A stretch of 61,239 nt of DNA, filler included, from Sluysia triapertura (Eukaryota): assembly GCA_046118255.1 (NCBI GenBank). It is 4 parts of 4 records of this genome, joined end to end, with 100 filler letters (N's around TTAATTAATTAA, not from the genome) between each part and the next. Parts side by side here need not be neighbours in the genome. Positions count along the whole stretch, not along the records: positions 50,081 to 61,239 come from JBJNIA010188122.1; 3 more parts are not named here. One strand, 5' to 3'. Numbering within the stretch: position 1 is the first letter of the stretch; each line of letters begins with the position of its first letter. The translations under genes and the position numbers were made by a program. Below are positions 52,930 to 61,239 of the stretch, in pieces. The notes beneath the pieces were generated by a model. It did not search any database. It was given only the letters and a program-made list of their open reading frames with translations, and was not told where the DNA came from.

Positions 52930-55438
52930 TGTTTCGATGTTTAAGTATTAATAAAGTGATAAAGTAATAAATTGATGCTTATCATGAAACTAATTCAAGT
53001 CTGTTATTAAACTTGGCGCACAACGTATTATACAAAAGATTCCTATGAGAAATAAATTTATTATTTCATTAATTTTATCCTTAAAATAGTTGAAAAATTA
53101 CGTTATTATTATAAAAGCAATGTAACAATGATTTAAAATTTTAATTAGATTATACGGAAAAGATAAGGAGATTGTTTACTACAAATCCATTATCTTTAGA
53201 TAATTAAAATGAGAATGAATTTGAACATAGACGGAAATTGCTGTCGAAATTCAATCAATAAAATTGGTCGACTTATTACCGACTAAAAGAGAATAGACAT
53301 TTTTAATTTCCGTCTTGTTCAATCTCTAATTTTTTTAATTTCCTACGGCATCATAAAACTGCTATATAAACAGTTACATTTATGAATAGAGCTAGAGTGA
53401 AAAACGATAGAGACAAGAATTAAGAAAATTAAAGGAAACTTTATAGCTGTGGTTAAAGGTGATATCAAGGCCTATTTTTAGTAATTGATTAAAATTAGTA
53501 TTTAGAGTTAGAGGAATAATGGTTAGTGAATTATTTTATATTGATTATGTTTTGTATTAATACGGTTGCGAAAAATTAAATAAGTTGTGTCAACCTTGGT
53601 AAATGTTTGCCATTGAAGAATAATTCATATTGTTATAAAGAATAATTTGTATCGTTATTATAAAGAATATTTTAGTTGTAATCTTGTGATAATGAAAGAA
53701 TATATCAAGATTTTTTTCTACAAAGAACACAAGTGATTTCACAAATTAGTCATTAAGAAAATCAGCTAGTTCGTAATTTTAGCACAAGCGTTTTTATTGG
53801 GGTTTACAATCGATTTTATAGACAAGTATTGGTATTGACACCATTTGGTTAAATATAATCACCACATCAGTTGCAACAATTCAATAAGGTGAAATATTTC
53901 AGTTTTATTTAATTAGTAAGTTTATTATTTAAGTCTTGACTCGCCGTAAAATCAATAAATAAAATTCAACTATTTGGACTGGCTTTAAGTCAGCGATAAT
54001 TTATACAATAAAATACAATAAAGATTTATTAATTTTTGAATAGAGCCTAAAAATTCTATCTGTAGCGTTATTATTTATATATTATAATTAGTTGTTAGGT
54101 TTTGATAGCTGTTTTGTCTAAATTTTCTGTGTTTAATTTTACACACGTTTTTATCAACAAACCTTTGTATAAATTCTGTTAATTTAGTTGTAAGGTTTTA
54201 CGTAAGAATACTACTGAGTTAAGAATCAAATCATTATTAATTAGTAACATCAGTAGCTTATAATACAGTAAAGTTGAGGAAAGAATAATTTGCAAGTGCT
54301 TATTTAATTTTTAAAGAAATCTTGTAAATACATCTCGATAAGTGAATACAAGTGAACCAAAGATGAGGAAAATAAAATAACAATAACAATAAAAATAACC
54401 ACTTGCAGATGATAATTAAAAAAGGATTTTAAAACCTTTTTTGTGATATTTACTCCGACAATTTTTTGGATACAGGTCAAGTAGCAACTATCAAATTCAA
54501 CACGATTTTTCCACGAAATAAGTAAGCTTATATTATTAAGTTTTTCCCCTTTTTCAAAGAAGTGGTTAAACTCGGAAGTAAATTAATGTATTTTTTCAAG
54601 TTATTTTAAAGATAGCTTTAAAATCACTATAAAATCATTAATCAGATATTAAGAATGATCTTAATATCTATAAATTATTATTTTATTATTGTTGAAAATT
54701 TTATTAATTAATTCGTTGTGTACAGATTTTTTGTAAAGTATATTAATAAATTCTTATTAGTTTAATCATTTTTGAGAAAGGTAAAAAAATTAGGAGACGT
54801 ATAAGGCGCCTAAAATTAATACGTAGCAAAACAAACGCGTTTATTATAGACTCCGTCAAATTTTGTTTACTTTAAATAAAATCCGATAGATTCATCTTTT
54901 CTTTAGAAATATAATGGTGAATTTATTCCCCAAAAGAATCATTTTACAAAATAAATTAGCAGCAAGGCTAAAAGGATAAGTATAATCATTCTTGAAATTT
55001 TATATTTAAATAACACCTGAATATTGCTACAGTAATATAAAAAAATACTTCAAATAATTAAATTTTAGTAAGTGATTTTAATTTGAAACATAATTGAAAT
55101 TTTTATTCAATTTGAGTTTAATGAAACTCTTAAACAAATCTATTTCCTTGTTTAATGAGGTTTAATTATCGTACGATTTTATAATGCTTTATTAAACAGT
55201 ATTTGTAAAAGATGATATTATCACCGTATTTAAACCAGTGCAAATATCAAATTTCAATCTTAAAATAGAAATTACATCCTTGTATTTTAAATTCTCAGTA
55301 AAAGAGAATAAAAAAAGTGTAGAAAAAATTAAAATTTTGGGTGCTAATTGGAAATTCAACTAAAACAATTCGGAGTTATAAACTGAATTATAAGTTCTAA
55401 AAAATACGTAAAAAATTTACTAAAGATATATATAAATA

Positions 55439-55597
55439 TGTTAGACTTCATAAAATGGACTGACCGGGGATCGAACCCGGGACCTTCGATGCGCAGTGCG
55501 AATGCTCTACCACTGAGCTATCAGCCCCGTCTAACAATTTCATTTTCAATATATTCAATTATATTACTTGGCACTTTTTAGGCCTTTTACTCCAACA
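55439..55597 (-). mobile_element. tRNA-carrying short element, copy 3 (full length, 159 bp)
   Basis: The minus strand reads TGTTGGAG...AAATTGTTAGAC-[tRNA-like]-TTTTATGAAGTCTAACA, with TG...CA termini. Confidence 0.85.
55456..55527 (-). tRNA. tRNA-Ala(TGC)-like gene/pseudogene
   Basis: GGGCTGA TA GCTC AGTGGTA GAGC A TTCGC ACTGCGC ATCGA AGGTC CCGGG TTCGATC CCCGG TCAGTCC A. Acceptor, D and T arms are intact and TGC sits at the anticodon position, but the anticodon stem is non-canonical. Confidence 0.65.
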
Positions 55598-56914
55598 TAT
55601 ATATAAAACATAATATTCTCATTAAATTTTGTACTTAGAATCTTAACGTTTATAAATTTAAATTTCATACCTAGTTTTATATAATCTTAATTTAAGATAG
55701 TTCTATGTATTGGAGTTTAATGTTCCTAAATTTTAATTTCATATTATTTCTATACAATCTCAAGTTAAAATGATTTTACTATATTTATATGAGCATTGAA
55801 ACAGTCAAGCATTTCTAAAACATTCATTCATTTTATAACATCAATCATTTTGTTAGTGCTATTGCTGATGTTTATAGATTTTAATTTCATACCATCTTTA
55901 TTAAAAATGATTTATTCGAGCCTAATTAGACCACACAATATTTTATAAAATATTTAATGAATATTGTGTTGTTATTCTAAATAAAAACAGCCTTTTATTT
56001 AAATAACGCATCAAACTTAAAATTACATTATGAATCTCCCTTATCGTAACGTACATCATCGGCTAATTTAACAATTAATATATTACTTAAAATAATAAGC
56101 ACATAATTTTTCAACAACTTGAGTTACTTTTTTTAGTATCATCCAAATTGGGGGCACCAATAAAATGAAACGTAATAACTTAGTAATATATTTAAACAAT
56201 AATTGCAATAAAATATAAAATTATATTTACATCAAATGACCTTGAATTAATTTGATACCATCCAAATGATATACATAACCAAATCTTGATGTTAAAGCTT
56301 CGATAAATAGCAATCAATTACAAATTTAGATCAATAAAGTTTAATTTTATATTTACAAGCTGATAATACATCAATATTTGATAAATAAATAGAAATGACA
56401 AATATTTATTATAAAATTTATTAATAAATGAGATGTGACATTAAAATTCAGATATATCTACTGTGTTAACACATTGTGGCCTTATCTCGCGTTTTCATTG
56501 GTGGATATTGTATAACATCCAGAGTAAATGTGAGGTGGACAAAGTAAGGAGAATAAAAGTAATTTTCAGTGATTCTGAAAGCACTATTCGATTTGGTTGT
56601 TGAGATGATGAAAATAAAAATATTCGACTACTGGATATACGGTTAACAATGCGTTATAACAGTAGTAGTAACGTGGTAACGCGCTTTTCCACATTTAATT
56701 ATGTAATTACATTTTAATAATCGAGCTGTTCTAACCATCTCTTCTTATTTTCAATCTCCGTCATAATCATCATCATTCTCATCATCATCATCATCGTGTT
56801 TTAATTAATTATAAATTGGGGGGATAATTTAATTTTTAATAAAACTTATTTAATTCATTTAAGTGTTCTGCGATCAAAATAACCAAATAAATACATGCAG
56901 AGGTCAAATATTAC

Positions 56915-58025
56915 TTTAATAATTTGGGTTTAGTGGAATTATCGATATAAAAAGCAGAAGTGTAATTGGGTAAATTTGGCGATCCAAAATCAGTGTTATT
57001 ATTATTATTATTAAAGGGTTTCATAAAGGTCATATTGCCGTAGTGTGGCAAGTCGTATGTTTGTGAATCTGTCGAATACAAAGCGGGCTCGTGTGACCCA
57101 ACATAGCGACACTTTTTGATTTGTTCTTTCCGAATATGTTTTGAGCGATATAATACAATTTATAAATCAATATGAAAAACGTTAGGGTTATAATAAACGT
57201 CTCCAAAATGGATCCTAATAATTCTAATAAAGTAAACTGTTTTTAAAAAAATATTTTCAGTAAATAAACCCTGATTTTGATTGGATACTAAACTCGAAAT
57301 TTTATTGGTAGGATTTAATGATGGCCAATAAAGAGTTATTTGCACACTGACGTTACCAAGTTGATTAAGAGCTGTACAGATGTAGTAATCTGAATTGTTT
57401 CGATGTGGATTTATGGCTAATATGGATTGAAATTTATTGGTTGACGAAAAAGCTTTGTTAAATTTAGACTTTCCGGACACAAGGTGCCAGTTTATTTTCA
57501 AGGAGGCATAGGGTGGATAAATGGTTGCGGAACACTTCATAATGATGTCGAATATGTGTTATCTCGTTTATCTTTGGCGGTATAATAAAATTTTTCTTAA
57601 CATAATATTCTAATTGATTTACTTGCATGTTCAATAAAAATCTTGATAGTGATTTTATTTTTATAATTGTATATTCGACTTTTTTTGAATTAATTAAGCT
57701 ACATTCTTGAGTAATTATGACGCGTTTGTTTTGTTTAAGGCAAAATCCGGTTCGAGTAATTGGCTCGTAGTTGTCAGGGCAAAGGCAAGCAAATGTAGTT
57801 TCAGAACACCCTAATTTGCAACTGTTGCATTTCGAATTTATCGTATTTCACTTATATCTTCGATATTTTGCTCCATGTAGCTGGAATTTATTTTAAGGCA
57901 TGATCTTCGATCTTCCGATAATCTGTATCCTTTACTCGGACATATACAACAAAAACCGAGTTCTCGATCTGGAACACATTGTCCTTCTTGACATCGACTT
58001 TTATAATCAGGATAAGAACAAAAAA
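56915..58025 (-). pseudogene. EGF-EGF-Ig-TM cell-surface protein gene, disrupted
   Basis: CSYPDYKSRCQEGQCVP...CICPSKGYRLSEDRRSC (EGF), then an in-frame TGA, then CNSCKLGC...ACLCPDNY...GFC (EGF). Next comes MKCSA...INW...DYYICTALNQLG (Ig I-set). A shifted frame gives LLGSILETFIITLTFFILIY (TM) and a Tyr-containing tail. Confidence 0.75.
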
Positions 58026-59389
58026 ATTGACAATAATAAGGATAAAAGAAATAATAATAAGGATGGAAGAAATAATAATAATGATAACAATTATGTGGTT
58101 ATTATACTTATTAATACTGAATTGTTTATGTTGAAATTTATTGTGAACTTTATTATAAAAATTATTATAAAAGTTATTATTTGATAATCATATTATATAA
58201 CAATAATGACCATAATTATATATATATATATATTTTAATACGATCTGAATTGTAATAATAGTAGCGGTAGTTCATGATAATTAGATACGATGATCATGTT
58301 TGTGTTTTGAATGAGTTTAGTAGTTTGTTTAATAGTCTGTGTACATGCGAAGTGTTTTTATGTGATGAATTTTGTGTGATGAATTCCCTATAATGAATAT
58401 GGATATATCGCGTGGTTAATTCTCACGTTACAACTAACAACTTAAAAAGGTAACATTAAATCTTGAATAAATTATAATAAAGACAAATAAAAGCAACAAT
58501 TATTAGCTAAGGCTTATTAGTGTACATACTAATATATTACGTATACTAATATATTAAAACATTTAAATATACAAATACTAAAAGAAATTACCTAAATATT
58601 AAGTTATGAGAACTTAATACTGAAATTCGTTCATTTTATTTTAATAATTTTAAAATCAATATGATATATTAAAATGAATATGATTTTAGCCTAACTTAGT
58701 AAACTAACGTATAACAATGCACTAACGTGGACAAATTCTCCTTATTATAGAACAATACTTTGTACTAATTAATATCTTAGAAAATCTCCAAAATTATTGA
58801 TTAAATATTTTGAATTAAGGACAAAAATTATTATCTTACAATTAATTATATAAAATTCGCTGTTATTTTCATATTGAAATTTAACCTTTTAAAATGCTGT
58901 GGTTCTCTTAAAGCTAAATCTACCACGTATAGTTGGCATTTCTGCAACTAATAAGTTAAGAAGTTATGAGGGTCTTAAACGTTAAGTATTGCAATAGAAC
59001 AAATTCGCTTACTTTAATTATATTAACTAGATGTAATAAAAATTAACTAAAAATTCAAAAGTTTGTACAACAAAAACAGCAAAAATCAGAAAGCAAAACT
59101 AGAATTTTATTTTAAAATCAAAATCCTTTTTGGGATCTTTCAAATTTAAGTTGAATATTTCCCCTAAGATATATCGGGATCCTTACGATATAATGGTTAA
59201 ATTTAATGATTAATTTTAATTTTATCTACTTAAAATAAAACAATTTATCTATGCATGGTATAGACGAAATTGATTAAAAACTCCAATCCTTCTTGAAACT
59301 GATATGACGGAATACTGAATGATTTAACTAATGAATTCAAAATGGCTGTGATATACACTGACTTACATTATATTTCTTAAAACATTTAC

Positions 59390-59640
59390 AATCAAGCAAT
59401 TCATAACATCATTCAATCAAACAATTCAAATTTTAAACCATTTAACTGTAACATTACTAGACAAATTCGCCCTACAAATCATTTACAAACTTAATAATTC
59501 ACACGAATACAAGCAAGATTACAATATAATCTAGGAATTCACCTCAGACCACATATTCTAGAACACACCGAATTCAATATTTCAAAGAAGAAACTACACT
59601 CTACGATACCAAATTCATTTAAAAAAATTCACAATTCCAG
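59390..59640 (+). repeat. Copy of the 35030-35640 repeat
   Basis: Shared sequence blocks (see 35030). A further piece lies at about 60690-60790. Confidence 0.6.
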
Positions 59641-59698
59641 ACATCTATTAGATATATCCAGACATCTATTAGATATATCCAGACATCTATTAGATATA
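59636..59698. repeat. 21-bp tandem repeat x3
   Basis: TCCAGACATCTATTAGATATA, three perfect copies. Confidence 0.95.
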
Positions 59699-61162
59699 TA
59701 CAATATTATCATAAACAATAGCAATATTAACAATATCACAAACAGCTATCATTTACAATTTATTAAAACATTTTAAAAAATAAAGTCATTTATATATTTA
59801 TTATGATGATATTTTATTTATTTTAATGATTTATTTATTCTATTACATCTTTATTATGACATCGTATTTTATTTTAAATATTATCGAATATTATTAATTT
59901 AAATATTATTTATAAAAACTTCATTATTAAATATTTTAATACCTCTTATCGACGTAAACAAACAAATATTTCAAATTTCAAAAAATGTATAATTCAAAAG
60001 AAATCTTTTCTTGTTTAAATATATAAATGAAAAAATAAATAAACAAGATGGCTAAGATAAATATATAAATCATTGAAATTTACAAGCAAAAACGATTTTT
60101 TGGATATCTTCGACAATATTCATGCAAAAACAGTTCCATGTCAAAGTAAGGCTATAATAAGTTTTTATAATATCTTAACTTTCTTCGTAGGATTTTTAAA
60201 ATCACACTTAAAGTACATTAATTTTACCCAGACCGTAAGAAGGCTAGGTTATTTTATTTTTAAAATCAATCGTAACAGCCTAAGAGTTAATTCTTAGGCT
60301 CAAAATTATTATTACTATTATAATTATTTATTATTATGTACATTGTTTGACTTTGTAGATAATATATATTCAAGATAATAATAATTTTGCTTTTCTTTAA
60401 TTACTTAAATTACTGAATATAATTTGTCAGAGTGTAACAGGCTGACTTAAAATTCCATAGTTTATAAGTTATCTGCATTAGAGAACTTGTGAGTCCGGCA
60501 GTTACTTCATTATATTTTCTGGCTCATTAAAATCCTAACTCGAAAGCTTTCATTCTTATATAAGCCGTGTCAGTTAGTCTTCAGAAATCTTATTGTAAGT
60601 ATAGATTAAGCTTCTGCAAGATAAAATACTTGCACATCTATAAATACCAAATAATACGTTAATTTATTCGAAAGATCTTTTTATAAGAACCAAAGAACAG
60701 ACACAAAAAACATTTAACTTTCCAATGGAATCAACAGAATTACAAACATTCTTAATCTATAAAGCACTCAGCAAAACTCACATTCTCAAAAAACACAATA
60801 CACCCTTCATATTTATTTTCAATTAAATTATTATGTTATATTTGTGTAAGATATTGTGTTTTAAATTCAAGAAGTTTAATAAGAGAAATAGAAGAGAAGT
60901 AATTTCATTCTACGGATTTTATTCAACTCCAAACATCAAATAATATGTTAATTTACGTGAAAGATCATATATTAAGAAGAATTAAAGCCAAGTCACCAGA
61001 GTGTACTTAAAATTCCAAATTTAATTCAAATATTTCTTCATCATTACATAGCTTTCACTCATTTTGTGCTTCAAAATATTTTATGGATTTTTATGCAAGA
61101 TCGCATAACTTTAACAAGAAGAAGAGTTATGTGAAATTTAAAAGAAAAAGAAAATAGAGTAA

Positions 61163-61210
<48 letters not shown>

Positions 61211-61239
61211 TAAGAATAAATAATAATAATAATTAATAA

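Noticed and set aside
57800-57870. In-frame TGA in a Cys-rich EGF region as possible selenocysteine
   Set aside because: The second EGF already has six Cys without it, the gene has frameshifts, and I see no SECIS.
2829-60297. Most 60-95 aa ORFs in the supplied track
   Set aside because: I/L/F/K/N-rich translations expected by chance in AT-rich DNA, antisense shadows of real coding regions (e.g. 30202, 32309, 32801, 39025, 57900), or ORFs spanning N gaps or the tRNA element (21775, 50033).

Overview
Very AT-rich eukaryotic (animal-like) genomic DNA with many (TAA)n microsatellites and very short GT-AG introns (27-60 nt). This is reminiscent of compact invertebrate parasite genomes such as orthonectids, but the species cannot be established from the sequence. 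Three N-gaps contain the linker TTAATTAATTAA (stops in all six frames), so the window is probably four concatenated contigs (1-19877, 19978-38824, 38925-49980, 50081-61239) and linkage across those gaps should not be assumed. The one clearly intact host gene is the 3' part of a TUT4/TUT7-type terminal uridylyltransferase (7 exons, minus strand, 46199-49980), which the ORF track misses. The rest is mostly decayed gene copies (TMEM120, FN3, EGF-EGF-Ig-TM, ASH-like, unknown multi-exon genes) and transposon debris (mariner, Tc3, hAT-Charlie, piggyBac-like ends, LINE RT, Ty3/gypsy gag and integrase, solo-LTR-like repeats). Two structures stand out. (1) A dispersed ~150-160 bp TG...CA element (3 copies) carries a complete tRNA-Ala-like Pol III gene with a palindromic anticodon arm, bracketed by inverted repeats. 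(2) A gypsy-like locus is arranged orphan ORF - PPT - single LTR - PBS - gag, and the 360+ aa orphan ORF appears to have a distant decayed paralogue at about 10 kb.
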